A DNA stretch of 63,483 bases, the filler included, from Hausera hauseri (taxonomy: Eukaryota), in assembly GCA_046269625.1 (NCBI GenBank). It is 11 parts of 11 records of this genome, joined end to end, with 100 filler letters (N's around TTAATTAATTAA, not from the genome) between each part and the next. Parts side by side here need not be neighbours in the genome. Positions count along the whole stretch, not along the records: positions 1 to 6,985 come from JBJURY010046553.1; positions 7,086 to 11,242 come from JBJURY010730101.1; positions 11,343 to 15,362 come from JBJURY010814865.1; 8 more parts are not named here. One strand, 5' to 3'. The translations under genes were made by a program, and so were the position numbers. The stretch's first letter is position 1. Each line of letters starts with the position of its first letter. Shown one piece after another: positions 1 to 13,099 of this stretch. Below the pieces are notes generated by a model that did no database searches, was not told where the DNA came from, and was given only the letters and a program-made list of their open reading frames with translations.

Positions 1-179
1 GGAGGTGGTGAAAAACCTGCTTGGATAATGAAAAGGTCACATTGTCTCGCTCTGGATTTTTCAGGAACAGCTACTCAGGGACAAAAAGACAAAAAGGACA
101 AAAAAAAAAGAAAGGGTAAATTGGATCAGCAAGTATATGGAGTCGAAAAACTGAGGGGTTATTTGCTGCTGACCGGGTT

Positions 180-490
180 TCGTGACAAAGAGAAACTCAA
201 ATGAATATGCATTGAAAGAAGCTAATGAGAAAAGAATTATCACCGATATAAGAAAACGACAATCAAAATTTTTCACACATATAATGAGAAAAGGGGATTA
301 GAGAACTTAATAACAACCGGAAAAAACAGACCTGAAAAGAGCTAGAGAAAGACACAGACAAAAAATGTTGTTTGGTTTGGCAACATGGCATGGACAGAAA
401 CATCAACAGGTTTGATATCGGGCATTAGAAATAGGGAGATGTGGAGAGATATGATCGCCAACGCCATTAGGCAGGTCACGTGATGATGAT
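180..490 (+). mobile_element. 3' end of an RTE-clade non-LTR retrotransposon (degenerate)
   Basis: Translates across frameshifts as SNEYALKEANEKRIITDIRKRQSKFFTHIMRKGGLENLITTGK...RNREMWRDMIANAIRQVT*, followed by a (TGA)n tail. This is the typical RTE C-terminus. Confidence 0.75.
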
Positions 491-499
491 TCTCATCTC

Positions 500-1130
500 A
501 TGTCTCCTGACATGACTCTCATGGTTTTATTTACACAAAATGTATGTTATAGCTGTTCGGCATGCTGCTATACCATACTGAAGAACCGGGCAGAAGCGAC
601 CAGAGAAGAGCAACTTCATCTTCTCTGGTCCCAGTTTTGTGTAGCCAGATTTTTCAAGACTATCATGCCTACTTTCGCTTATGTCTGGATCATATCAGTC
701 AGAGTTTTCTATGTTTGATGGCTTTCGAAAGCTATACCTACGTCCTTTGGGTTTTCCTTATGACACGGATATGTCTCATTAACCATTATTCTAGAGCTCT
801 GTGGTTTTTTTGGCAGACAGAATACTGTATATGTGGTTTTTCTTCAAATATTTTAACCAAGCGGAGACATTTATAATGAGTTTAAGGTTTGCGGCAAGTG
901 ATTGTTTGCTATGGTAATTTTGTTTTGTTAGGTCCACATCGATATGTTATCTGCATACTATCAGTTTTCCTTTGATTGGGGTGTTTTTGTGATATCGTTT
1001 ATGTACACAAGGCAGAGTGTGGGTGACGATACTCTCGCGTTTTAGGACGCCCTACTTCGGTGTCATACTCGTATTAGTCTTAAGCTTTGCACCCATACTC
1101 GGGCAGTTCTGTTATCTATGCAGTGACTGA
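500..1130 (-). mobile_element. Degenerate LINE reverse transcriptase fragment (I/Nimb-like)
   Basis: The minus strand gives SPTLCLVYINDIT and YADNISMW (RT motifs B and YADD), then a xGIxF...LAT.NW segment. Many stops. Confidence 0.6.
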
Positions 1131-2474
1131 TCCATGTGCACATTTCTCCACACATTGTGCTTCAGGCTTTCACATCATACTCCCATAATTTCATCAATGA
1201 TTGTTATATATCCACATGGAATGCGAGTAGCATACTGACTTTTTCTATTTGTGGGATCCTTGGGCCGTTTTCAGTATAGATACTTACCATATCTTTGGTG
1301 CAAATCCTCTCTTACCATTTGTTATGTATGATTTCATGTGTAGTTATGTCCTTTCCTGGTAATTTGTTCTGCTTATTTATCCAGTGATTTTTGCCTATTT
1401 TATTCGTAGCTAGTTACATTTGCCATCTTGTGATCTTCAGGAGCGTTCATTGTGCAGCAATCTGTTTCCCCGCCTCGTGGTACATCAATGTCATTTGCTT
1501 GCGCACATTATTTCACTAGTACATTTGCACCTTTCGTTTTGAAACCTGTAAATATGTTATTATTATTTTTAAAAGGGTGATTTGTGTGTTATGGTATCTT
1601 TCAATGTCCACAACTTGGCTTATCTCTATAGATTTTTTATTCCTTTTCTCACTAGACTCAAGATAATCGGCTTTTCACCCAAAAAATGCTTTATTACCTG
1701 ATTTAGCACAACACGTGTGTATTCAGCAGAGGCTGCTATAACTAAAATGTTTGTTCTCGTAAAGACACTTTACGGTAAAGTGATTTGGAGGAGCTTTGTG
1801 TTTCTTTTCTACTTCTTTGGGATTTCACATAGTTTAATGATGTGAGCCACACTGTGCCCTGGCTTCTAGATATGTATGTATGCATCTTATCACGAAGAAG
1901 GGGGTTCGAAAATCTTGCCACTTGGCAGTCAGGAATTTACACTTTCATGACTCCATCATAAACAAATTAAGATGCACTTTTTTGGTAGGTCCGTTGCTTA
2001 GTACATTTGATTTTAACATGACATTGTTTCTGGTTTTCTTTCTTGTGACCTTCTGTCCATGTTCTTGTTAGCTCAAACACTGTTCACAAGAAAACGAGTT
2101 TATATTATGGGAATCTCTGCTTAGTTTACCCCGGGTGTTCTCCCATGTCTCTCGATGAATTTATGGGCACGTCAACTCGACTGTGGGCCTCGTCATCACG
2201 AACATTTTAATGGAGGTACGCTCGCTGGATGTTGCTTTATGGCTATCTCCCTCTTAGTTATACATTGGTAGACGACGAGACGAAAGAAAGAAGGTAGAAA
2301 GTGATTAGTGACTCAGATTCTAATTTTTATGCTTGTTAATCCCGAGAAGCTTGCACCAAATTCAATTTGTGGGTAGGGAGGGGTTATATGTACATTTTAA
2401 ATAGGGAATTAATACAACTTATTCTTCTCTTCCAAGGCAGAACAAACAAGCATCACAGAGCAGAGGAGACAACC

Positions 2475-2540
2475 ATGGTAACACTAAAAATTCTTGTACT
2501 AGCTGGGTTATTGCTCCTGGAGATTGCTCCCAGCTATCAG
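2475..2540 (+). CDS. Probable first coding exon of a secreted protein (signal peptide MVTLKILVLAGLLLLEIAPSYQ)
   Basis: Upstream polypyrimidine/AG acceptor at ~2422-2436, ACCATGG start context, 22-codon hydrophobic signal, GT donor at 2541. No downstream exons identified. Confidence 0.45.
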
Positions 2541-3214
2541 GTTACAGTATTCACATTATCCATTTTTCTGGCCTCGCTTCGTTTGTTTCTGTCCTCATCA
2601 TGGTGGAATTATGTGTTGATTATAGCCAGTGGCGGCGCGTTTACGTTCACAAATTTAGCAGAGCTAACAAAAAGCAAAAAGGAAACAAAGAAATAAATTA
2701 TATAATGTTAAATTTAAAAAAAAACCGAAATTAAAAAGTCTTGTAAACGACGATAATCTTACGGCCAGCAGCGCTCCATTGCAAAAGGGAAAAAAAAACA
2801 CGCTTAGTCTTTGTTAGCATTTTCCACCTCGCACCCGTACCGCAGCGTCAGCAGAGGTAGTTCTTGCTAACGTGGCAGTGCAGGGTGAGATGCAGTATTG
2901 TGAAGATCGGAAAGTCCTGTCCAAGTCTTTCTTTTGAAGATTAACCGCCTCCATTTTAGCAGATTGAGACATGGTTACAGGTCACAAAGTTCAGACGAAC
3001 GGATGTGAAATATGCATTCTTGCCGCGTTTAAAAATTGTCTTGAGGGGAAAGTGTTGTTTCTGCACGGTTCCATAGGAGCTACGTAGTCACTATTTCCTT
3101 CAAGAATTTTAGACCAGGCAAGTATAGTGGTAAACTATCTCTTAATTTAAGCAATATAATTACATAGGTTTAAATCCTGGTGAAAGCATTGGAAATTTGT
3201 TCTTCCCTTCGCCT

Positions 3215-3400
3215 CGAGTGCTAGAGGTGCGGGGTTCGAATCCCTGTGGAAGCACTTGGGATTTTTTCTCCTGGATCTTTTAGTACTAAATTCCCCTGAT
3301 CGGATGTACACTGTCGTGCACGTTAAAAATCCCCTGGCAATTGAAAATCGAAAAAGAGTAGGCCTTACCGCCGCTGTCCGGGAAACATTCTAGGAAAAAT
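3215..3400 (+). mobile_element. tRNA-derived SINE (5' truncated)
   Basis: B-box GGTTCGAATCCC at ~3233, then a GCACGTTAAAAATCCC...AAGAGTAGG body resembling conserved invertebrate SINE cores. A second degenerate tRNA-like head lies at ~3118-3188. Confidence 0.55.
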
Positions 3401-3469
3401 TTACCCACCAACCGGTCGAATGACCTCCAGATATAGAGTTTAGCTTTTGAAACTTTATAAGGAGAGTAA

Positions 3470-3925
3470 GGGCAGACATCACAGCCCTAGGTGAGTCAGT
3501 CAAGGCAACCTTACCTTCGCGGAGTCCTACGGGTCTCACGACGCCCACCGTTTAAACAGAAATGCCGCCTCTTCCTGCACTCGGTCGGGGGAGGTGTCCG
3601 TGGCCGCTCCTACTGATTGTCCCTGTCTTATGGTGGTTCAATTAGAAAAGCCTAGACTGTGCCGAAGACGGCTGCCCGGGACCTTAGGCACTACGGGCAA
3701 AGCAGAAAATGTGGAGCCCCAGCTCAAGGGTGCTTTAAACGGCTGTGCAACGCATCGGATCGGACCTCACGAGGATAAGCCTCGTAACTTGCCTAGTACC
3801 CGTGTGCTCTTCGGGAAAGAAAACGCAACCTGCAAGGTGGACCTGTCCCAACACCAAACAAACAAACTGGAGCAAAGAAGTTAAAAGACTGACATGTGGA
3901 CTCGCTATTAACGGAATCTACTGCT
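3470..3925 (+). mobile_element. Possible 5' UTR and start of the APE endonuclease of a LINE
   Basis: GC-richer leader followed by ARWTC..QTNKLE..KEVKRLTCGLAI, resembling the TWNVRTL..GKL....KE..RL.....ISE start of APE domains. Confidence 0.3.
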
Positions 3926-4089
3926 GACAAACTATTTTCCGGCTTCAGTATGTCCGTTACAAGCGGACAGTCGCGAGCGTTTGTTTCCGTTTGAGTCGTT
4001 TTAATAACCCTGTCGTAAAGGTCAAAACTTCGCATCCGCTGCAAACGCTTACGCATATCACGGCTTGCTGTGTTTACTGCTGGCACGAT

Positions 4090-4580
4090 AGACTTACTGG
4101 TATCTCACAAAGTATCTTAAGTGTTTTTGACCTTGTCTGCCTTGCACTGATAATGGCTTGAAGAGATCGAACATCGCGATTGCTTGTCCCAGCTTCCACA
4201 GCTAAATACCATGTCCTAGTATCCATTCTCTCTTATTCCACTGGCCAGCTCGTGATATTTTGACAGTTTCTTGCTCGACTTCCATATCATCGAGCTTTGT
4301 TCTTCTATATGAACCCAGAGAAGGGCTGTTGCAGTCCTAATAAGGACTATGGAGGAGAGTAGTTGAGCTTTCCTGCTTTTCCGGTGATATCTAATAGGTT
4401 ATCCGAGGTCCTTCAGGCGGTAGTGCAAAGCTTGGTCACCTAGAAGTGATTCACCACTCATCTGGGACCCATCTCAAGCCTCCGTCTTTTTCCCTACCGT
4501 TGACATGAGACACGAATTGGACATGGGAACATGATCTTAGGTGAATATTATTCGGCAGCTCTGGCACTGTATATCAGGGG
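4090..4580 (-). mobile_element. Remnant of an RLE-type non-LTR retrotransposon C-terminus (HERO/NeSL-like)
   Basis: The minus strand gives QCQSC...DHV, then KLSKYHELASGIRENGY and YLAVEAG, matching the CCHC plus K..KY..L......GW...VEVG restriction-like endonuclease pattern. Confidence 0.45.
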
Positions 4581-5540
4581 TCGTCAAACACACTGACCTC
4601 CATCTCCTTTGACAGTTTTAAAATATACTGTTCCTTATAAACATTTGGTGGTACTAATTCTGTCATGCAAGCTCGCACTGTTAAATAACGACCAACTAAA
4701 TATTCGATTAAAAGCAGTTAGTTTTTTAATGTTTTTTTTTTAAATAATAAAATTTAAATAATTCTTTAACTGTTTTGAAATTATTGAACTTCTTTTAAAC
4801 AAACAATTAATTTTACTCAATTAAAATTTGAAAATTTGAAATTAGGACCGCCCCTTCCTCCCTTATAATATAATGTGCATAGATCAATGGAGTATTTCCC
4901 TAAGAAACAGAGACATTATCAAATTATTTACAAACACAAATGTAAAAATACAGACAGACTTTCAGTGCTGATCAGTTAGTGGGGAAAAATCGTACTCATT
5001 TATTCGAAGGAGAACTCTACTCTTCCTTTATAAACGGTTCTGTCAAAAAAAGTGTCTTAAGTCTGGCAGAGTCATCTCGCATTGCTTTGTGATTGTGACT
5101 TACGAACCAATGAGACAACACATGATGAAACATTCCATCAAGAGCCAGTCTCCAGACACTAAATACAAAACTAGGTAGTGCTGAAATATACACGGCGCAT
5201 AAATCACACTTCTGCTTTAAAGAAGCTGCTTGGATTAATAGTTTCCCACTGACATTAATTCGATGCGCTTAAGCTAACGAGGCTTTAGCTTTCTCATTCA
5301 AAAATCACGTCCAGATGGGAAATACATGAGAAATCACTAATCTAAACAGTTCCCAGTTTGCTTGTCAGGATCTCACGTCAGTGGTAAACACAGCTGTCTT
5401 CATTGAAAGTCAGAAAATAATAGACCACTAACACATTTTACTGATACCTTATAAGTTTACATGAGCAAAAGTCGTAGAGTTATTTATATTTTTCTCCCTA
5501 GACTAAGAAAAGAGACAAAGTGCATTAACAAGCTATGGGT

Positions 5541-5670
5541 ATTTCCAGTATTTACAGTGACAGACAAGTGTTCACTACTACAGCCCATGCCCATTTCCAG
5601 TGTTACTCGATGACAGACAAGTGTTCACCATTACAGCCCATGCCAATTTCCAGTGTTACTCTGTGACAGT
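5541..5670. repeat. Tandem repeat, ~52-53 bp unit, about 2.5 copies
   Basis: ATTTCCAGT...GACAGACAAGTGTTCAC...ACAGCCCATGCC recurs, with unit starts at 5541, 5593 and 5646. Confidence 0.85.
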
Positions 5671-6985
5671 CTTTATTAGGAGCTACAAATTTAATTCCCC
5701 GGCTTTTTCTAGCGTTTCGCACACACCTCACTTTTCATTTATACGGCGTTATTTGGATAGAACAAACAAGACTATCACGTGATAATTCATGTACTGTTTA
5801 TGTTTTCTTGATATTACCTTTTGTAAAATGTTTCACTAAATTTCGTTTTCAAAGAACAAACATTGAACTCCAGTTTCACTGTTTAATTTTGTTGTCATTT
5901 TGGCCCAAGGCAGGCCACCACACCTGTCAAATGTCAGCAGGTAGTTCTGAGAAAACTATGGGGCTTCTGAGTTTTTTAATAAGTAAATTTCTTTTTTTTT
6001 TTTGAACTTGATTAAGACTCTCCTAGTTTTTTCTGAGAGCATGTTCCATATTATCAGATTTTTTTTTTGGCTGCCGGGGGTGGGTCTTATTCATTAAGGA
6101 CTGGGATTTCTGAATTATTAATTTTGGTGCAATTTTTTTCCGCCGTTCTAATACAATTCCCATGAATTATAAAACTTGAAACACTGGCTACGTTTAATTA
6201 GAGTTCATTGCAACATACTGGGTAGACACATTTCATAATCTATGAAAAAAATTATGTTTTTTTCACTTGGCTTTTTGTAATCCACATTTACCTTAGTTGT
6301 TTGCTATTGCATTGTACACACCCAGTTGACATAGTGGAGCACCACCTAATGGGTTGCCTTGCACACTAGGAACTAAGACAGAAGCTGCCACCAGACAACC
6401 CAAATTTAGCCATTGTCGTATGTTGCAGCCCACAACAGAATTGAAAAATATCAGAAAATGGCATCAAAGTCAACAAGCACTGACGCTAAACGACTGTGGC
6501 TTAACACCACGGAGGAAAAATAGCATATGGTTGCTATTTTCGAATTATTTAGCTTTGTTTAGTAGCGTCAAAGGCGTCTTAGTAGCATGTCCATATTCTT
6601 CTTCTCCTACTTTTCTACTACTACATTTTATCCTTTCTTCATCTTCTTATATTTATTTTCAGAGACGCGTTAAATTGTACAGGCATCTTAAAGTTATCTG
6701 GGTTCCTCAGAGCTGTTTCAACCGGTATAAGGTAGTTTGATTCAGGCAGGACAGATATCACAATCATCTTTTGAGAAATGTTGTTGTTGATGTTGTTGTT
6801 ATCGATCTCCTCATCGACGAGCGTCGGCTCTTGTTGATGGGCCCCGAGCAAGGGCCGTGGCCCTAAAAAGGACAACAGGAGTGGTTTTGTTGAGCATTCC
6901 TTCTGTCGCAGTGGAGTCTAGTAGGGTGGACCGGGGTCCTCCAGTCTTGAGTGCAATGTCTGGCCTCCTAGGAGTGATCCACTTC

Positions 6986-7085
6986 NNNNNNNNNNNNNNN
7001 NNNNNNNNNNNNNNNNNNNNNNNNNNNNNTTAATTAATTAANNNNNNNNNNNNNNNNNNNNNNNNNNNNNNNNNNNNNNNNNNNN
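6986..7085. other. Artificial contig linker
   Basis: 44 N + TTAATTAATTAA (stops in all six frames) + 44 N. Confidence 0.98.
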
Positions 7086-10000
7086 TTTTGTATTGTGTTT
7101 TGTTACGTGTTTTGTATTGTGTTTTGTCTTATGTTTTGTCTGGTGATTTGTTTTGTATTTTGTCTTATGTTTATTCTTGTGTTTCATTTTGTGTTTTATC
7201 TTTTGCTTTGTCGTGTGTTTTGACTTGGGTTTTGTCACGCGTATTTTCTTGTGTTTGGTCATCTGTTTTGTCTCGTGTTTTGTCTTGTGTTTTGTTTTGT
7301 GATTTACCTTGTGTTTGGTCTTGTGCTTTCTCTTATCTTTTGTCTTGGGTTTTGTGTTATGTTTTGTCTTGGGTTTTTTCTTGGGTTTTGTCTTGCGTTT
7401 GTCTTGTATTTTCTCTTATGTTTTGTCTTGTGTTTTGTGTTATATTTTTCTTGTGTTTTGTTTTGTGTTTTGTTTTATGTTTTGTCTTGAGTTTTTTGTT
7501 ATGTTTTGTCTTGGGTTTTTCTTGGGTTTTGTCTTGCGTTTGTCTTGTGTTTTCTCATATGTTTTGTATTGTGCTTTGTTTTTTGTTTTGTCTTGTGTTT
7601 TATGTTGTGATTTTTATTGTGTTTTGTCTTGTGATTTGTCTTGTGTTTTATCTTATGTTTTGTCTTATGTTTTGTCTTGTGTTTTGTCTTATGTATTGTT
7701 TTGTGCTTCATCTTTTGTCTCCTCTTGCGGTTTTTCTCATGTCTTGTTTTGTGTTTCATCTTGTGTTTTTTCTTGTGTTTTGTCTTGTGCTTTGTTTTTT
7801 GTTTTGTCTTCGTTTTAGTGTTGTGTTATTTATTGTGTTTTGTCATGTGTTTTGTCTTATGTTTTGTCTTATGTTCTGACTTGTCTTGTGTCTTGTTTTT
7901 TGTCTTGTCTTTTGTCTAGTGATTTGTCTTGTGTTTTTTCTCATGTCTTGTCTCATGTTTTGTCTTATGTTTTGTCTTGTGTTTTGCCTTATGTTTTGTT
8001 TTGTACTTCATCTTTTGTTTTCTCTTGTGTTTTGTCTTATGTTTTGTTTTGTGTCTCAATTTGTGTTTTCTCTTGTGTTTTGTCTCATATTTTGTCTTTT
8101 GTTTTGTCTTGTGCTTTGTAATGTGTTTTGTCTTGTGTTTTGTCTTGTGATTTACCTTGTGTTTCGTCTTGTGTTTTCTCTTATGTTTTGACTTGTGTTT
8201 TGTGTTATGTTTTGTCTTAGGTTTTTTCTTGGGTTTTGAGATGTGTTTTGTTTTATGTTTTGTCTTGTGTTTCATCTGCTGTTTTGTCTTATGTTTCATC
8301 TTGCGTTTTGTTTTGTGTTTGGTCTTATGTTTTGTCTTGTGTTTTGTCTTATGTTTTGTCTTTTGTTTTTTCTTGTGTATTGCCTTATGGTTTGTCGTGT
8401 GTTTTGTCTTGCGTTTTGTCATGTGCATTGTCCTGTGTTCGGTCATGCGTTTTGTCTTGTGTTTTGTCTTTTGATTTATCTTGTGCTTTGTCTTCTGTTT
8501 TCTCTTATGTTTGGTCTTGTGTTTTGTGCTATGTTTTATCTTGGGTTTTGTCTTGTGTTTTGTCTTGTTTTTTGTCCAGTGATTTGTCTTGTATTTTGTC
8601 TTATGTTTTTTATTGTGTTTCTTCTTGTGTTTCATCTTGCGTTTTGTATTGCATGTTGTCTTGTGATGTATGTCTTCTTTTGTCTTATGTTTTTTCTTTT
8701 GTTTCATCTGCTGTCTTGTCTTATGTTTCATCTTGCGTTTTGTTTTGTGTTTTGTCTTATGTTTCGTCCTGTGTTTTGTGTTATGTTTTGTCTTGTGTTT
8801 TGTCTTGTAATTTGTCTTGTGTTTTTTCTTGTGTTTTTTCCAATGTTTTGTGTTTTATCTTGTGCTTTGTATTCTGTTTTGTCTTGTGCTTTGTCTTGTG
8901 CTTTGTATTGTTTTTTGTCTTGTATTTTGCCTTGTCTTTTGTACTGTGTTTTGTCTTATGTTTTGTCTGGTTATTTGTTTTGTATTTTGTCTTATGTTTT
9001 TTCTTGTGTTTTATCTTGTGTTTTGTCTTTTGTTTTGTCTTGTGATTTATCTTGTGTTTCGTCTTGTGTTTTCTGTTATGTTTTGTCTTGTGTCTTGTGT
9101 TGTGTTTTGTCTTGGGCTTTTTTCTTGGGTTTTGACTTGTGTATTTTTGTGTTTTCTCTTATGTTTTTTCTTGTGTTTCTTCTTGTGTTTCGTGTTGTGT
9201 TGTCTTCTCTTTTGTCTTATGTTTTGTTTTGTGTTTCATCTTGTCTTTTGTATTGTATTTTGTTTTCTGATTTATCTTTTGTTTTGTCATGTGTTTTGTC
9301 TTGCATTTTGTCATGTTTATTGTCTTGTGTTTGGTCATGCGTATTGTCTCCTGTTTTGTTTTGTATTGTGTTTGTCTTGGGCTTTGTCCTCTGTTTTATC
9401 TTGAGTTTTTCCTAATATTTTGTCCTGTGTCTTGTCTTGTGTTCTGTCTTGTGTTTTGTCTTGTGTTTTGTCCTGTGTTTTGCTTATGTTTTATAATGCT
9501 TTTTTCTTGTGTTTTGTCTTGTCATTTATCTTGTGTTTTGTCTTGTGTTTTGTCTTATGTTTTGTCTTGTGTTTTGTCTTATGTATTGTCCTGTGTTTCA
9601 TCTTTCGTTTCGTCTTGTGTTTTGTCTTGTGATTTATCTTCTGTTTTGTCTTGTGTTTTCTCTTATGTTTTGTCTTGTGTTTTGTGTTATGTTTTGTCTT
9701 GGGTTTTTTCTTGGGTTTTGTCTTGCGTTTTTCTTGTGTTTTCTCTAATGTTTTTTCTTGTGTTTTGTCTTGGCTTTTGTCCAGTGATTTGTCTTTTATT
9801 TTGCCTTATGTTTAGTCTTGTGTTTCTTCTTGTCATTCGTCTTTTGTTTTGTCTTATGTTTTGTCTTATGTTTTTTTTGTATTTCATCATGTGTTTTGTC
9901 TTGTATTTTGTATTGTGATTTATTTTTTGTTTTGTCTTATGTTTTGTCTTGTGTTTCATCTGGTGTCTTGTCTTGTGTTTCATCTTGCGTTTTGTTTTGT

Positions 10001-11242
10001 GTTTTGTCTTATGTATTGTCTTGTGTTTTGTCTTATGTTTCGTCTTGTGTTTTGTCTTATGATTTGTTTTGTGTCTCATCTTGTGTTTTGTCTTGTGTTT
10101 TGTCTTGTGTTTTGTCTCATGTTTTGTCCTGTGTTTTGTGTTGTGCTTTGTTTTGTGTTTTGTCTTGTATTTTGCCTTTTCTTTTGTATTGTGTTTTGTT
10201 ACGTGTTTTGTATTGTGTTTTGTCTTATGTTTTGTCTGGTGATTTGTTTTGTATTTTGTCTTATGTTTATTCTTGTGTTTCATCTTTTGTTTTATCTTAT
10301 GCTTTGTCGTATGTTTTGTCTTGCGTTTCGTCATGCTTTTTGTCTTCTGTTTGGTCATGTGTTTTGTTTCGTGTTTTGTCTTGTGTTTTGTCTTGTGATT
10401 TATCTTGTGTTTTGTCATATGTTTAGTCTTGTGTTTTGTTTTATGTTTTGTCTTATGTTTTCTTTTGTGTTTCATCTTGTGTTTTGTATAGTATTTTGTC
10501 TTGTGATTTATCTTTTGCTTTCTCTTATGTTTTCTCTTATGTTTTGTCTTGTGTTTTCCTTTATATTTTGTCTCGCGTTTTGTCTCGTGTTTTGTCTTGT
10601 GATTTATCTTGTGTTTTGTCATATCTTTAGTCTTGTGTTTTGTTTCATGTTTTGTCTTATGATTTCTTTTGTGTTTCATCTTGTGTTTTGTCTTGTGTTT
10701 TGTCTTTGGATTTATCTTATGTTTTGTTTTGTGTTTTCTCTTACGTTTTGTCTTGTGTTTTTTCTTGTGTTTTGTCTTATATTTTGTCTTATGTTTCTTC
10801 TTGTGTTTTCTCTTATGTTCTGTCTTGTGTTTCATCTGGTGTCTTTTCTTACGTTTCATCTTGCGTTTTGTTTTGTGTTTTGTCTAATGTTTTGTCTTCT
10901 GTTTTGTCTTACGTTTTGTCTTGTGTTTTGTCTTATGTTTTGTCTTATACTTTGTCGTGTGTTTTTTCTTGTGTTTTGTCTTGTGTTTTGTCTTATGTTT
11001 TGTTTTGTGCTTCATCTTCTGTTTTTTCTTGTGTTTTGTCTTATGTTTTTTCTTGTGTCTGATCTTGTCTTTTGTCTTGTGTTTCGTGTTGTGTTTTGTC
11101 TCACGTTTTGTCCTGTGTTTTGTCTTGTGCTTTGTATTGTGTTTTCTCTTGTATTTTGCTTTCTGTTTTGTATTGTGTTTTGTTACGTGTTTTGTATTGT
11201 GTTTTGTCTTATGTTTTGTCTGGTGATTTGTTTTGTATTTTG
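7086..11242. repeat. 12-bp satellite array, consensus TCTTGTGTTTTG, with higher-order structure
   Basis: The entire contig is a degenerate 12-mer. The long ORFs (CLVF, SCVL, KHKT repeats) are by-products of it. Confidence 0.95.
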
Positions 11243-11342
11243 NNNNNNNNNNNNNNNNNNNNNNNNNNNNNNNNNNNNNNNNNNNNTTAATTAATTAANN
11301 NNNNNNNNNNNNNNNNNNNNNNNNNNNNNNNNNNNNNNNNNN
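11243..11342. other. Artificial contig linker
   Basis: Same 100-bp spacer. Confidence 0.98.
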
Positions 11343-11613
11343 TCAGAAATAATATTTGGAAAAAACTGAATGTACAACATTTTTCTTTCAGTCAGAAATA
11401 AATTTCAAGAAAGAAATAAAATATGAAAAGCCGAAAAGAACTTTCAATATAGATCAAAAGGCACTTATTAAGAGAGATGTTCGAAACAAATCTGACAACA
11501 GATATGACAGCCCCTTTAGTGTAGTTGAAAAGATGCAAGAAAAATGTTACAGAATTATCGTGAAAGGTATCGAGAGAATCGTTGGATCTTGCTCTTATTC
11601 AATAAAACACTGA
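11343..11613 (+). mobile_element. C-terminal tail of a Gypsy-type integrase (GPY/F region), degenerate
   Basis: KRTFNIDQKALIKRDVRNKSDNRYDSPFSVVEK..EKCYRI resembles F..GD.VL.....K....Y.GPF.V. A polypurine run GAGGGGGGAG at ~12214-12223 is followed by TGCAGATA. Confidence 0.5.
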
Positions 11614-12341
11614 CAGTAGTTTATATAAAACACCCATACATTCATATTTATTACCGGAATAAAACTGTCACTTTTGATGTTCAAGATGGATGTTTGATCT
11701 GCATTGTTTTTCTAAAGGTTAATTAGTGCAATACATTAAACGTGTGTCGGACAAAACAACTGCGCACTGTTTTATCCGATCATAATCAAACATTTCAAAT
11801 TTAGAAATTATTTTTATAATTTTAGATATGCTTTGTCCAATTTTCCGCCACCGTTGTCTCGCGAATAAATAATTTCAGAAACAGCTTTGAGTCCTGTTCT
11901 ATTTGACATCGTTTCCGGTCTATGCATTTGTCTACTTTATTTCGACGTAGAACATGTTTCAGAATATTTGGATAAATCAAGGAACATCGGTAAATCATCC
12001 GTTATTAATAAATTTGATGAAATCAGATATCTAAGTACGCGGACTATTATTTCAAATATTTGTACAGTATTGTTATGTTCAAAATGCATTGAATCTCTTA
12101 ATTGGATTATAGTTTTGTTCAATCCTCACTAACTACGTTTGGAGAGACTCGTATATTAATGATTAATTAATGGGGAGAACAGGTGTATCTTCTTATTTAA
12201 TCAAACGCTATATGAGGGGGGAGTCTGCAGATATAGAACAATGAATTCTTATCTAGCTGTTAGTAGGTAATATATAAAGGTCGGTTTCTTTTCTTTTATT
12301 TGCTTACTTACTACTGTTTAATTTCCTATATCTTTATTCAA

Positions 12342-12675
12342 TGTTACTTGGGCGGTCGTCAGGTAGCATTATACCTGGTCGACCAAGGGCGTACCAATGT
12401 TAATTAGGAATTACTTAGTTACTTAAGTTAATCAGTCAATAGAAAACGTTCACGAAAATAACAGATATCATTGTGGAAAGAACAATGGTATATGACTTTA
12501 TCAAACAATGACGAAACATAAAAGCAAATCAAAGGATGCACTTACGTGTAGACATGGCGATCAAACGCAATTACAACAAAAATTGTTCTGTTGGCTTTAT
12601 AAAGAATTACGGTATATATTGTAAATAAGCCTCCGTCGTTATACCATAAAAATGTCCGAATTAGGATACGTAACA
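12342..12675 (-). repeat. Candidate 3' LTR of the minus-strand env-bearing Gypsy element
   Basis: 334-bp segment bounded by perfect inverted termini TGTTAC...GTAACA, downstream of the env-like ORF. The PPT is not clean and no partner LTR is present. Confidence 0.4.
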
Positions 12676-13099
12676 TCATATATGTCCAAATTAAGACAAA
12701 TACGAAAAAATAATGAAATCAGCACATTATGATTGTTATATTTAAATTGTCTGTTATACGGGTCCATATTTATTAGTTTGACTTTTATTGAGGTTTTGCG
12801 ATTCGCTCTTTGATATGTAATTTGCCAGAAATATTATAAGCAATCATTGAATGATATCTTTCTGGGAGTATTATTAGTTGCTGGAGGTAGAACAATGTGG
12901 CCTTTGTTAGTTAAATTAAGGTTAACGATCTGTTACCCATACTATAGCCCTTGAGATTATTCGGAATCTGTGGAGTCTGGGGATAGCTCAGACTATATGT
13001 ATAATCGTTATGAACTATGTGATATTGATTGGCTGGGGTAGCGTTGATGAGATGGGTTTTGGCGTTGTTGAACCAGTGCTTCGATCTGGTTATAGATTG

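Noticed and set aside
3118-3250. tRNA genes
   Set aside because: Only A/B-box-like motifs with no convincing cloverleaf; better explained as SINE heads.
3470-3720. HDV-like ribozyme in a LINE leader
   Set aside because: I could not assemble the nested double pseudoknot by eye; it needs a descriptor search.
6770-6985. 3' end of an R4-like element with an (AAC)n tail on the minus strand
   Set aside because: Too short and cut by the contig end to support.
7086-11242. Circular element or CRISPR array
   Set aside because: The terminal repeat is exactly k-mer sized, and there are no unique spacers or replication genes.
7088-11294. Dozens of long Cys/Phe/Val/Leu-rich or Lys/His-rich ORFs
   Set aside because: They follow from a 12-bp repeat that rarely contains stops; they overlap in several frames and break at indels.
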